Source: an uncultured Gemmatimonadales bacterium (GTDB lineage: Bacteria > Gemmatimonadota > Gemmatimonadetes > Gemmatimonadales > GWC2-71-9). Taken from it: a stretch of 64,000 bases of DNA. Below the pieces are notes generated by a model. It made no database searches, was not told the DNA's origin, and worked only from the letters and a program-made list of their open reading frames with translations. Positions within the stretch are counted from its first letter, which is position 1. The number at the start of each line of letters is the position of its first letter. The stretch spans positions 320,001 to 384,000 of the forward strand of contig CAWJIM010000019.1 of NCBI GenBank assembly GCA_963842945.1, given 5' to 3'. Positions 11,401 through 20,545 of the stretch are shown piece after piece. A program made the position numbers and the translations under genes.

Positions 11401-11535
11401 AACGATGGGGGCGTCCACATCGGGAAACTCCCGGACGGCAAGCTGGGTATAGCCAATGACCCCGAACAGCACGAGAGCCAGGCTGAGCATGCTGGCCAGG
11501 ACGGGCCGCTGAATGGACAGGTCGGAAATTTTCAT
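8458..11535 (-). CDS. RND efflux permease (AcrB/MdtC family)
   Basis: 1025 aa, GIVVDDAIIVLEN, SKNSILLVE, RLRPILMTS. Confidence 0.96.
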   Translation of the reverse strand: MKISDLSIQRPVLASMLSLALVLFGVIGYTQLAVREFPDVDAPIVSVSTVLPGANPQVVESAVTDILEEELSTVEGLRTLTSSSGEGISNISLEFNLERDVEAAAQDTRDKVARVRERLPEDVEEPVVAKQDADAQPFFWLALSGENYDLLQLSDIGDRLVKARLQSLPGVGQARIFGERRFSMRVWLSASELAARGLTVQDVQQAIRSRNVEVPAGRIESERREFTVRSMGELKTPDEFGNLVVSNTDGVLVKLKDVGRVELGAEDERSTLRFKGTPSVAIGVIRQSKANIISVADEIRSELPRIQASLPPGVSIHTAFDQSIFVKRSIQEAEETLGIAALLVVVIIFLFLRNLRATIIPGLAIPTSIIAAFAIMYFLGFSINNFTLLALTLAIGIVVDDAIIVLENAYRHQEELHENPIEAATNGTREIAFAVLATTISLVAVFTPLAFLKGSTGRLFNEFGIAVAGAVIISGFVALTLTPMLCAKILRVPPRHGRLYGLLETGFNRLASGYGRTLAVALRHRLAVVTLAGVVTVGAVLVFRSLKREFVPPEDRGWFFNFIIAPEGSSLGYTDSYQRQAEAILAKTKGVESYFSVVNIGDGVSRGIIFTNLDDWSTRTRSVQEIIGEVQAQFFAIPGVLAFANNPPAFGWGSPVNFVIQHPDFDLLAKGNDTLLARARQIAGLVNVDSDLRVNKPQLTVSFDRDRAEDLGVPVADVATTLQVLLGGNKTSTFTRANKQYDVMVQLDPRARATPSDMTGLYVRGRGGELVKLEALASVQEGVGPRELNHFDRVRSATLTASLAPNFTLGEALDSLNRIAKEVLPKGSSTALAGESRELEESGSALYFAFLLALIVVFMVLASQFESLIHPFTVLLAVPLAVTGALFTLKLAGSTLNVYSQIGMILLIGLVSKNSILLVEYINQLKERGMTALAAVQEAGRIRLRPILMTSVATVMGALPIALGLGAGSLSRRPLGYAIVGGLIFSTLLTLYVVPAVYLIFDGLLERSARRRTARQSVLAPAEAD

Positions 11536-11600
11536 GAGTGAGTCCGGGTCACGGGTCTCGCGCTGAGCTTCTTACCGGATTTCTGTTGGCCGAAGTGGTG

Positions 11601-11622
11601 GACCGACAACTGGTAGTCGGTC
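11601..11622. promoter_or_regulatory. Palindromic operator upstream of RND operon
   Basis: GACCGAC-N8-GTCGGTC perfect inverted repeat between divergent starts. Confidence 0.5.
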
Positions 11623-11742
11623 GGGACCCTCGAAAATCGACCGAGAAGCACTACTACGGAGAAAGTGGAATCAAGATTCAACCTGAGACGGGGCGGGGGC
11701 GCCCCAGAGGCACTAGATTCGAGGGCGCCCAATCCATCTGCC

Positions 11743-12105
11743 ATGGCACATAAACTCTCAAGCCGCCAGCAAGCTCAACTAGCGTTTCTCGAGCGCTTGC
11801 CTCCGAAGTTCCAGCGGATGCATGGGATCATCGAGCAGATGGCCGGCCTCAAGGTGGACGAAACCATTCTGCGCGGATTCGGCCGCCTGTTGGACGAGAT
11901 CAAGGGCAACGCCCAAGCCTTGAGTCTCAATGGCATTGCCGAGACCGCCGGACTGATGGGCACCATGCTGCGGCGAGGTGGGGGATTGCAGTTTAGAGTG
12001 CGGGGACTGCGAGAGATGCTGGGGAGCCTCAAAACGAACTACGAGGGGGCCTTACGTGCCGCGACTACTCCCGAGGGCCCGGAAACCGGCGAGCCGGAGA
12101 CCTAA
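11743..12105 (+). CDS. Pseudo-HPt-like protein
   Basis: LLDEIKGNAQALSLNGIAETAG matches HPt pattern with Asp at the His position. Confidence 0.65.
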   Translation: MAHKLSSRQQAQLAFLERLPPKFQRMHGIIEQMAGLKVDETILRGFGRLLDEIKGNAQALSLNGIAETAGLMGTMLRRGGGLQFRVRGLREMLGSLKTNYEGALRAATTPEGPETGEPET

Positions 12106-12269
12106 ACGGAGCGCCGGGTCCGGCGGGCCAGCAGCCGATCGATCAGCGGGCCGCACATCAGCACGATCATGGAGGTAACCAGCCCGCCAATGAGCGCCGA
12201 AACGAAAGTCAGGGCCCCGAGAATCAGCGAGGCTCCAATGGTCGCAAGGAGGATGACCAGCCAGGACAT
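12102..12269 (-). CDS. 55-aa membrane protein (absent from ORF track)
   Basis: GGAGGT SD 8 nt before ATG; MSWLVILLATIGASLILGALTFVSALIGGLVTSMIVLMCGPLIDRLLARRTRRSV. Confidence 0.7.
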   Translation of the reverse strand: MSWLVILLATIGASLILGALTFVSALIGGLVTSMIVLMCGPLIDRLLARRTRRSV

Positions 12270-12376
12270 TTACGGGGACCTCCGGTTAGAGGCAGGAAGC
12301 AGAATGTGGCCAAGGTTAGTCGGTGGAGGTGCAGGGCCGCAAGCCAATCTTCTCACCCTCAGCTGATGGAATCACT

Positions 12377-13045
12377 ATGCCGTCCCTGATACTTCGAATC
12401 TTCCTTGGCGCAATGCTTCTGGTGACCAGCCGGGCGGCATCCCAGGCCACCGATACAGCGGCCGGCAAGAAGGGAGGCGCCATGCAGCCGGCGGCGCTGC
12501 CCCCGGGCTGGACTGCCCGGCCCGACGAGGGAGGCGATCCCGCTAAGATTCGATTCGTTACCATGGAACCGGGTTATCACCTGACGCTCGGGCCGGCCAC
12601 CATACTCTATCGGGCTGAGGATCTGGCCCAGGGGCCGTTCCATACGCTCGCGACGTTCCACCAAACGAAGAAGCCACGGCACCCCGAGGGCTACGGCCTC
12701 TTTGTCGGCGGGAAACAGCTGGATGGCAAGAATCAGACGTACACGTATTTCCTGGTTCGGGAGGACGGAGCCTACCTCATAAAGCAGAGGAAGGGAGACT
12801 CGACGTCGGAAGTGACCAAGGGGTGGAAGCCCAGTCCGGCAATCAAGAAGGCCGATGCTCAGGGCAAGGCTACCAACCTGCTGGAGATCGATGCCAAACA
12901 GGACTCGAAAAAAGTGGACTTCAAGGTCAACGGCCAGAGCGTGTACAGTGCGCCGGCCGACCAGATGGACCTCACCGGCATCGTAGGGCTCCGGGTCAAT
13001 CACACACTGGACGTTCACATCGAGGGATTTGCGGTTCACCAGTAA
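12377..13045 (+). CDS. Secreted beta-sandwich hypothetical protein (lectin/DUF1080-like)
   Basis: Signal peptide, beta-rich, GIVGLRVNH..V.IE.F end. Confidence 0.7.
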   Translation: MPSLILRIFLGAMLLVTSRAASQATDTAAGKKGGAMQPAALPPGWTARPDEGGDPAKIRFVTMEPGYHLTLGPATILYRAEDLAQGPFHTLATFHQTKKPRHPEGYGLFVGGKQLDGKNQTYTYFLVREDGAYLIKQRKGDSTSEVTKGWKPSPAIKKADAQGKATNLLEIDAKQDSKKVDFKVNGQSVYSAPADQMDLTGIVGLRVNHTLDVHIEGFAVHQ

Positions 13046-13115
13046 TCCTTGAGTGGTAATTTCGCCCCAGCACATTGGCCCCGTGCCTGCAACCATCCGG
13101 CGACATCGGGATCAA

Positions 13116-13973
13116 ATGGCGGTCTGCGCCGCCATTTGCAGTGTCGCCTTTTCCTTTTCTGCGGTTCCGCTGAAAGCTCAGACGCAGGTCGGGGTCGACG
13201 TGGGACTCTTCAGCTCCTACGTCTGGCGCGGGGTGACCATGACCAACAAACCGGTCCTGCAGCCGGCCGCGTATTTGTCCATTCCCGTTGGGAATGCGTC
13301 GGTCACCCTGGGAGCCTGGTCCAACATCGATCTGGGTAAGTACGATGACCCTGCGGACGACATCTCGGAGAGCGGGGGAAGCTCGGGCTTCAACTTCTCC
13401 GAGATGGATCCATATGCCGAGCTGAGCTTCCCCGCTGGCAAGACCACCCTGACCGGCGGCGTGCTGGGATACGTCTATCCCAATTCTGATAGCGCTCCCA
13501 ATTCCTCTGGTGTCACCAGCGACGCCAACTCGGCGGAGATTTATGGCAAACTGGGTGTGGATGTCCCCTTGAGCCCGGAGCTTTCGGTCTACTATGACGT
13601 CAGCAAGGTCAACGGAGCGTACATCGAGGGAGCGCTGAGCTACTCCATGGTGGCAAGCGAAAACCTTTCGATGGAGCTGGGCGCCGTGGCGGGTTTCAAT
13701 GCGGGCCGCGGGGTTCCGGATGATCCGCTGTCCGACGAGATCTCGAACTACGAGGACGACGGATTCACCCATCTGGATTTGTCGGCTGGACTGCCCTTTG
13801 CGCTGGGCGCCGTCTCCATCGCCCCGGTGGTGCACTTTGTAGTAAACGGAGATGATCGCACCAAGACCACCTCACCTACGAACGTCGACGAAGACGTCAA
13901 GCTCTGGGGCGGGGTGTCACTCACCTGGTCCAGCACCCTGGGGCCCGAGTCTCCCCCCGATGACGGGAGCTGA
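13116..13973 (+). CDS. TorF-like putative outer-membrane porin
   Basis: Signal peptide, SSYVWRG..PVLQP, WSNID, EMDPY, EIYGKLG motifs; start uncertain. Confidence 0.7.
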   Translation: MAVCAAICSVAFSFSAVPLKAQTQVGVDVGLFSSYVWRGVTMTNKPVLQPAAYLSIPVGNASVTLGAWSNIDLGKYDDPADDISESGGSSGFNFSEMDPYAELSFPAGKTTLTGGVLGYVYPNSDSAPNSSGVTSDANSAEIYGKLGVDVPLSPELSVYYDVSKVNGAYIEGALSYSMVASENLSMELGAVAGFNAGRGVPDDPLSDEISNYEDDGFTHLDLSAGLPFALGAVSIAPVVHFVVNGDDRTKTTSPTNVDEDVKLWGGVSLTWSSTLGPESPPDDGS

Positions 13974-13976
13974 CGA

Positions 13977-15329
13977 TCACAAGGCCTTCGACACCTCGCT
14001 AAAGCTGTCCTCCAGCCGGTTCAGCATCTCCTTCAAGAGCTCGACGGGAATTCCCAAGGCCGGCTCGACCCGGATGACCTTGGCGTTGGCGTAAGTCCCA
14101 GCTACCAGCACCCCGCGCTTGAACAACCCTGAGGCCACTTTCCACCCGATTTCCTGAGAGGGGAACTCCAGACCGATGAGCAAGCCCTTGCCGTGGGCCT
14201 CCTGGAGCACGCGGGGGTACTTCTGCTGGAGCCACCCGAGCTCTCGCAGCAGGAACTCGCCCTTTGTGGCTGCCTGGCCCGGGAGATCTTCCTCCAGGGT
14301 TACCTCGATGGCAGCCAGGCCAGCGGCGCAGGCCAGGGGGTTCCCCCCGAACGTGGTGGAGTGAATGATCGGATTGGGGATCATTACTTCCCAGATCTCT
14401 GCGGTGGAGATGAACGCCGAGAGCGGCATCACTCCACCACCGATGGACTTCCCGATGCACAAGATGTCGGGTACCACCTCCCAGTGGTCCACACCCCACA
14501 ACTTCCCCGTCCGTCCCATCCCGGTCTGGATCTCATCGGCGATGAGCAGAGCGCCGTAACGGGTGCAGAGCTCACGCGCTCGGGGGAAATACTCGGCCGG
14601 GGGAACGATGCCGCCGGCTTCTCCCTGCACCGGCTCGAGCACCAGGCCGGCGATCTGAACTCCTACCGACGCGCAGCGCTGGAATTCAGCCTCCAGCGCG
14701 TCCCCATCACCGTACGGCACGAAACGCACGTCCTGCAGGCCGGACTGGAAGGGCTCCCGGAACGAGGCCTTCCCCATAAGCGAGAGCGATCCCATGGATT
14801 TGCCATGAAATCCTCCGAGGGTGGAGATGAAAGTGTGGCGCCGGGTGTACAGGCGAGTCAGCTTGATGGCCCCTTCGATAGCATCGGTACCATTATTGAT
14901 GAAGAAGGAGTTCTGCAACTCGCCCGGGGTGATGGCGGACAGAACCTTGCCCAGGGCTGCCCGCCACGGCTCCAACAGCTCCTGACTGTTGAGCGCCATG
15001 CGCTGGATCTGGTCGGTAACGGCTTTGACGACCTTGGGATGATTGACGCCGGCGCTGAAGATGCCATAGCCGCCTAGGCAATCGATGTACTCCCGACCCA
15101 GCAGATCGCGCAGGATAGAGCCCTGTCCAGACCACTCAATGGCTGCGAACTGGCCGGCTTCGGTCACCGACTTGCGGTAGGTGACGAATCCGCGATTGTA
15201 GTACTTCTCGTAGCTGTCGACAGTCTCCGCGATGAAAGACTGCTGTTCTTGCACCGAAAGCTCCCGTCCCCCTATCAACTCGAGATAGCGCCGGGTCTGC
15301 TGCAACACTTGCTCGTTGGGTAGCCGCAA
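13977..15329 (-). CDS. patA: Putrescine aminotransferase
   Basis: Class III AT; YRKSVT, DCLGGYG, LNSQELL, DEIQTGMGRTG; PatA/YgjG-type N-terminus. Confidence 0.9.
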   Translation of the reverse strand: MRLPNEQVLQQTRRYLELIGGRELSVQEQQSFIAETVDSYEKYYNRGFVTYRKSVTEAGQFAAIEWSGQGSILRDLLGREYIDCLGGYGIFSAGVNHPKVVKAVTDQIQRMALNSQELLEPWRAALGKVLSAITPGELQNSFFINNGTDAIEGAIKLTRLYTRRHTFISTLGGFHGKSMGSLSLMGKASFREPFQSGLQDVRFVPYGDGDALEAEFQRCASVGVQIAGLVLEPVQGEAGGIVPPAEYFPRARELCTRYGALLIADEIQTGMGRTGKLWGVDHWEVVPDILCIGKSIGGGVMPLSAFISTAEIWEVMIPNPIIHSTTFGGNPLACAAGLAAIEVTLEEDLPGQAATKGEFLLRELGWLQQKYPRVLQEAHGKGLLIGLEFPSQEIGWKVASGLFKRGVLVAGTYANAKVIRVEPALGIPVELLKEMLNRLEDSFSEVSKAL

Positions 15330-15339
15330 TGCCGCTCCT

Positions 15340-16446
15340 TCAGGCCGATTTGATCTCGGTCCAGATCTGATCCCAGGTCGCTGTCTCTCTGCCGAGATCC
15401 ACCGGGTACTCCAGCCGCTTGAGCTCCGCCTCGGTGGGATAGGGCACCGGCGGAACCAGCATCTCGGCCGCCGCCGCGTTGGGCGTCCCGTAGCCGGTGG
15501 CCCGGGAGATCGCCGCCCCCACCTCGGGCCGGAGGATGTAGTTCATCCACTCGTGTGCGGCCCGCTTGTTGGGTGAGCTCCGGGGGATGCACATCAAATC
15601 AGTCCAGATGGTACAACCCTCTTTCGGGACGACGTAGGCAAGGTTGGGCTGTTCGGCTCTGGCCTGCGCCGTGTCGCCGTTCCACAGCTGCGAGATCCAG
15701 ATGTCGCCCGAGATCAGCTGGGCCTTCACCGGGGCGGAGATGTACGCCCGAAGCTGTTTCTTGGCCGAAATCGCATCAGCCTTGGCTCGGGACAGCTCAT
15801 CCGGATTGCTAGAGTTGAGCGAATGCCCGCGATAGCGAAGCTGGGAGCCAATCACCTCACGCGCATCATCCATCATGGTCATCTTGCCGGCATACTGCGG
15901 ATCCTGGAATACGGCCCAGGTCTCGACCGGGCCCCTCACCTTGTCGGTCCGATACGCGATCCCGCTGGTCCCCCACTGCCACGGCACGGTGTACCGATTC
16001 TCCGGATCTGCCGGAATATTCTGAAAAATCGGAGACAGGTTCTTGGAGCTGGGCAGATAGCTGCGACGAAGTGGAGCAATCAGATTAGTGGCCACGAGCA
16101 CCGGCAGGATGTAGCCGCTGGGCACGATAATATCGTACCCGCTGGCACCCGCCTGAAGCTTGGCGACCATCTCCTCATTGCTTTCGTAGGTATCGTAGGT
16201 CACCCGAACGCCGAACTCTCGTTCGAAATTCGAAACGGTGTCTTCGGCGATGTAATCCGACCAGTTGTAGATGTGCAGCTCTTTTTCGAGCGGCGGCAGT
16301 TCGGCGGTGTCATTATCCGGCCTGCCCTCTCGCCGGCAGGCTTCCAGAATGCCACCAACCACAGGGAGGCTCAGGCCCGCGCTCAATCCCCGGAGCAGGA
16401 ACTTGCGGCGGCCGATCGAAGCTGCGGTCTCGTCAGGGCTGATCAT
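15340..16446 (-). CDS. potD: Polyamine ABC transporter substrate-binding protein (Tat lipoprotein)
   Basis: GRRKFL Tat motif, LEAC, YNWSDYI, YESNEEM, PWQWGTSG, WTEIKS. Confidence 0.9.
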   Translation of the reverse strand: MISPDETAASIGRRKFLLRGLSAGLSLPVVGGILEACRREGRPDNDTAELPPLEKELHIYNWSDYIAEDTVSNFEREFGVRVTYDTYESNEEMVAKLQAGASGYDIIVPSGYILPVLVATNLIAPLRRSYLPSSKNLSPIFQNIPADPENRYTVPWQWGTSGIAYRTDKVRGPVETWAVFQDPQYAGKMTMMDDAREVIGSQLRYRGHSLNSSNPDELSRAKADAISAKKQLRAYISAPVKAQLISGDIWISQLWNGDTAQARAEQPNLAYVVPKEGCTIWTDLMCIPRSSPNKRAAHEWMNYILRPEVGAAISRATGYGTPNAAAAEMLVPPVPYPTEAELKRLEYPVDLGRETATWDQIWTEIKSA

Positions 16447-17709
16447 TCAGGTCACCCAGTCCCGCGCCCGATAATATCCTCCGACCAGCGGTAGAAACCA
16501 GGGAAATCCATTATAGAGCGGAAGCGCTCGAAAGCGCTCACTCCCCAGATCGGGGATTTGGCCGGCGCCGGCAATGACCTCCGCGATTCGGTGCCCCAGG
16601 TACGTGGCCAGCGCTACCCCATGACCACAATAGCCCATCGCATAATGGATTCCATCGAGCTTTCCAGCGTGAGGCAGATGGTTCCGCGGGTAGGCCACTT
16701 TGCCGGACCAGGCAAAATCGATCTCGACTCCGCCGAGTTGAGGAAAGACCTCCTGCATTCCAGTCCGCAGGATTGCAACGATCCGGTCGATTCCTACCGG
16801 TGTGAACGAGGCTCTGCCGCCAAACACCAGGCGGCGATCGGGGGAAAGCCGGAAGTAGTAAAGCAGGTGTTTGGTGTCGCTGAAGACCCTGCCCCGCGGA
16901 ACCAGCCGCTGTGCCAGCCCGGGCGGGAGCGGCGCGGTAGCAATCTGGTAGCTGCCGATCGGAATCACTCGGCGGCGAAGGGGTGAGAGCGCTCGCGGGG
17001 TATAGCCATTGGTTGCAGCCAGTACCTCTCGCGCGCGAATGACCGCGTCACCGGTGACAATCTCGAATCCGCCTTTCACTCGCCTGATCCGGAGGACGCG
17101 AACGTTCTCCTGGATGCGGGCACCGCCTCGGGCCGCGGCCGCTGCCATCCCCCGCACATATCTGGCCGGGTGCACGGCACAGGCTCCCGGATCCACCAGT
17201 GCCCCGTAGTAGCGCAGGCTGTCAATCTCCCTGCCCACCTCGCCGGGGCCCAGCAGCTCTGTGTGGTAGCCCAGCCGTTCATGAAGAAACCGGGCGCTCG
17301 CTTCCAGCGCGGCGACATGACCGGGCTTGGCGGCCAGGGTGACCGCGCCACAGCGAACGAAGTCACAGTCTATACGCTCATCGCTTATGAGGGTCGCGAC
17401 GTACTCGATAGCATCAAGGGATAGCCGGAACATGCCGGCGGCGCGTTCGGAGCCCAGGCGACGTTCCAGCTCCTCCATCTCAGGCTTGTAGCCCGGCAGG
17501 ATGAAACCGCCGTTGCGGCTACTGGCTCCCCATCCTACGGTATGCTGCTCCAACACGGTGGCTTCCAGTCCGAGTCGGGCCAGCGTTCTGGCCGCGGACA
17601 GACCGGTGTACCCCCCGCCGATGATCACCACGTCGCTGGAAGGGGGAAGCGGGGATGGAGGAACCGGGAGAGGAGGAGCTGTTTCAGTCCAGAGGCAGCG
17701 CTCAATCAT
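16447..17709 (-). CDS. FAD-dependent amine oxidoreductase (PuuB/gamma-glutamylputrescine oxidase-like)
   Basis: IGGGYTGLSAA, GASSRNGG, ATNGY, GYCGHGV. Confidence 0.85.
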   Translation of the reverse strand: MIERCLWTETAPPLPVPPSPLPPSSDVVIIGGGYTGLSAARTLARLGLEATVLEQHTVGWGASSRNGGFILPGYKPEMEELERRLGSERAAGMFRLSLDAIEYVATLISDERIDCDFVRCGAVTLAAKPGHVAALEASARFLHERLGYHTELLGPGEVGREIDSLRYYGALVDPGACAVHPARYVRGMAAAAARGGARIQENVRVLRIRRVKGGFEIVTGDAVIRAREVLAATNGYTPRALSPLRRRVIPIGSYQIATAPLPPGLAQRLVPRGRVFSDTKHLLYYFRLSPDRRLVFGGRASFTPVGIDRIVAILRTGMQEVFPQLGGVEIDFAWSGKVAYPRNHLPHAGKLDGIHYAMGYCGHGVALATYLGHRIAEVIAGAGQIPDLGSERFRALPLYNGFPWFLPLVGGYYRARDWVT

Positions 17710-17742
17710 CGGTGACCAGCTCGATCCCCCCAGTCATGCGCT

Positions 17743-18543
17743 TCATCGCATCCTCGCCTCCCTGCCTCCCGCGTCCCGCCGAACCAACCGGTCAGCCAGG
17801 TAGATCAGCAATGCGGTGACCAGCAGGATGATCGTGCTGATGGCGTTGATGCTTGGCTCAACGGTCTTGCGCACCATCCCATACACCACAATCGGAAGGG
17901 TGGAAGACCCGGAGCCGGAGACAAAGGAGGTGATCACGAAGTCATCGAAAGACATCGTGAACGCGAGCAGCGCCCCCGCAAAGATTCCGGGCCACAGCTG
18001 CGGCAGGGTGACACGCCAGAAGGTTGCCATCTCGTCTGCGCCGAGAGTCATGGCTGCTTCCTCGAGATGCTGGTCCATACCCTGCAGCCGGGCCAGCACT
18101 ACAACGACGACAAAGCTGATGCAGAACGCAACATGGGCGATGGTGATGGTGGCGAAGCCCAGCGGCAGGCGAAGGAGAACGAAAAGGATCAACAGTGAAA
18201 TCCCAACCACTATTTCCGGGGTAACGATAGGGAGATAGAGGAACGCTTCAACGGCCCGGCGGCCGGTAAACCGATGCCGAGCCAGCGCCAGGGCGAGCAA
18301 GGTTCCGAGAAGAGTAGCAATCAGCGTTGCCGTCAGGCCCACCAGTAGGCTCAGCTTGAGGCCGTGGAGGATCTCGGGTCGTTCGAGCAATCGCTGATAC
18401 CAGCGGAAGGTGAAACCCTCCCATTCGACCGAGAACTTGGAGTCGTTGAAGGAGAAGACGATCAGGATCAGGAGGGGCAGGTGGAGAAAGGCATAGACCA
18501 TTCCGCTTACGGCCAGAAGCCAGCGCGGAGCTGGCCGGTTCAT
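17743..18543 (-). CDS. potC: Polyamine ABC transporter permease
   Basis: EEAAMTLGA EAA loop, SFDDFVIT, TLPI. Confidence 0.9.
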   Translation of the reverse strand: MNRPAPRWLLAVSGMVYAFLHLPLLILIVFSFNDSKFSVEWEGFTFRWYQRLLERPEILHGLKLSLLVGLTATLIATLLGTLLALALARHRFTGRRAVEAFLYLPIVTPEIVVGISLLILFVLLRLPLGFATITIAHVAFCISFVVVVVLARLQGMDQHLEEAAMTLGADEMATFWRVTLPQLWPGIFAGALLAFTMSFDDFVITSFVSGSGSSTLPIVVYGMVRKTVEPSINAISTIILLVTALLIYLADRLVRRDAGGREARMR

Positions 18544-19427
18544 GACAAGGTGCCGGCCGGTGCCCGGCCTTGTATCCGGAGATAGATCAGAACTGCCACG
18601 AGTACCAACGCCATCACGATGAACGAGGCCGCTGACCCAAACGGCCAGTTTCGGGCGGCGGAAAACTGATTCTGTACCAGATTCCCGATCATCATCTGCT
18701 TTGCGCCACCGAGCAGATCCGGCGTGAGGAATGAGCCCAAGGCTGGAATGAAGACCAGCAGTGAACCGGCAATGATGCCCGGCATGGAGAGGGGAAGAGT
18801 TACTCGCCAGAAACGGGCAGAGGGCCGGGCCCCCAGCACCTCCGCGGCTTCGAGCAGAGAGGCATCGAGCTTTTCGAGCGACGCGTAGACCGGGAGAATC
18901 ATGAAGGGAAGAAAGCCGTAGACCAGCCCCACCATGACGGCGGCGGGCGTGTACAGAATGGTCAATGGCTCGCGAGTCAGACCCAACCGAAGCAGCCAGT
19001 CATTGATCAGCCCGGTGTCGCGCAGCAGAAAGATTATGGCGAAAGTCCGGACCAGGAAGCTGGTCCAGAAAGGCAGCACCACCAACAGCAGCAGCAGGTG
19101 CCGCCAGCGACCCGACCGAGCGATCAGATATGCGACCGGGTATCCCAGCATGAGGCAGATGACCGTGCAGGCCACCGACCAGAGGAAGGTTCGCTGAAGG
19201 ACGTCCAGGTAGAGAGGATCGAAGAAGCGAGCGTAGTGCTCGAGAGTAAAGCCAGGGTCCACGCCGCCGTAGACCCCCCGGGGCATGAAGCTGTACGCCA
19301 GCATGATCAGAATGGGGACCAAAAAGAACACAATCAGCCAAAACATGCCGGGCCCCAGCAGGGTCCAGGCTTGGATGCCGGGACGGGAGAACCGACGGAC
19401 AACCCGGCGATGCCAGGAGGTGCTCAT
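18540..19427 (-). CDS. potB: Polyamine ABC transporter permease
   Basis: PFWTSFLVRT, LLEAAEVLGA, NWPFGSA; ATGA coupling to potA. Confidence 0.9.
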   Translation of the reverse strand: MSTSWHRRVVRRFSRPGIQAWTLLGPGMFWLIVFFLVPILIMLAYSFMPRGVYGGVDPGFTLEHYARFFDPLYLDVLQRTFLWSVACTVICLMLGYPVAYLIARSGRWRHLLLLLVVLPFWTSFLVRTFAIIFLLRDTGLINDWLLRLGLTREPLTILYTPAAVMVGLVYGFLPFMILPVYASLEKLDASLLEAAEVLGARPSARFWRVTLPLSMPGIIAGSLLVFIPALGSFLTPDLLGGAKQMMIGNLVQNQFSAARNWPFGSAASFIVMALVLVAVLIYLRIQGRAPAGTLS

Positions 19428-20545
19428 CCCGCCTCGAGGACTTGGCATTCTTCAGGCTGCCAGACCACGGCGACGGCCTCTCCCCGCTTCCAGGCCAGTG
19501 GCTTGAGCAGCTGGCCTTCATTCCGGACCGCCACCTTCACCTTGCCTACTTGGGGAACGGTGACGACGACATGGATGGTCTCGCCCAGATAGATGATGTC
19601 ACCGATGGTGCCGATCACAGCGTTTTCTGCCCCGGGCACCTCACCCGGGTGGCAGATGTCCATCCACTCCGGTCTTACGGCAATGCACACTTCCGACCCG
19701 TTTTCTAACCGGAGACTGTCAGGCAGCCTGAACGACAGCCCGGGACCGCGCGCGGTCCACTCTCCCCGGGAGTCCTTCGTCGCGCGGCCCTGGAAGAAAT
19801 TGGATTCGCCGATAAACGTGGCGACGAACGCGGTTCGCGGGTTCTCGTAGATCTCGGCCGGCGTGCCCAGCTGAGCCAGCCGGGCGTTCTCCAAGACGCC
19901 GATCCGATCCGACATCGTCAGGGCTTCCTCCTGATCGTGGGTGACGTATACGAAGGTGGTGCCCAGCTGCTTGTTCAGGGCCTTGAGCTCCAGCTGCATT
20001 TCCTTCCTGAGCTTCAGATCAATCGCGCCGAGCGGCTCGTCCAGCAGCAGGATCGCCGGCTCCAGAACCAGCGCCCGCGCCAACGCCACTCGCTGCCGCT
20101 GCCCGCCGGACAGCTGGCTCGGCCTGCGTTTCCCGAACAGGTCAGGATCGAGCCGCACCATCTCGAGGGCACGCCGAACCCGCTGATCGATCTCCGCTCT
20201 CGGCGTTTTTCGCTGCTCCAGTCCAAAGGCCACGTTCCGAGCCACCGAGAGGTGAGGAAACAAGGCGTAGTTCTGAAACACCATGGAGAGCGGTCGCTCA
20301 TACGGTCGTGTCTGGTTGACCGTTTGACCGAGGAGACGGATTTCCCCGCTCCCTTCATCCGGTTGCTCCAGGCCGGCAAGCAGTCGCAAGGTCGTAGTCT
20401 TTCCGCAGCCGGAGGGGCCCAGGAGGGAAAAGAATTCACCTGGGTATATCTCGAAGGAGATATCGTTTACGGCCTTGATCTCGCCAAAGCTCTTGGTAAC
20501 CCGGATGAACTGGACAACAGGTGGGCTCGGTACGGCCGTGCTCAC
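19424..20545 (-). CDS. potA: Polyamine ABC transporter ATPase
   Basis: GPSGCGKT, LSGGQ, LLLDEP, HDQEEA, TOBE tail; GTGA coupling to gabT. Confidence 0.92.
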   Translation of the reverse strand: MSTAVPSPPVVQFIRVTKSFGEIKAVNDISFEIYPGEFFSLLGPSGCGKTTTLRLLAGLEQPDEGSGEIRLLGQTVNQTRPYERPLSMVFQNYALFPHLSVARNVAFGLEQRKTPRAEIDQRVRRALEMVRLDPDLFGKRRPSQLSGGQRQRVALARALVLEPAILLLDEPLGAIDLKLRKEMQLELKALNKQLGTTFVYVTHDQEEALTMSDRIGVLENARLAQLGTPAEIYENPRTAFVATFIGESNFFQGRATKDSRGEWTARGPGLSFRLPDSLRLENGSEVCIAVRPEWMDICHPGEVPGAENAVIGTIGDIIYLGETIHVVVTVPQVGKVKVAVRNEGQLLKPLAWKRGEAVAVVWQPEECQVLEAG

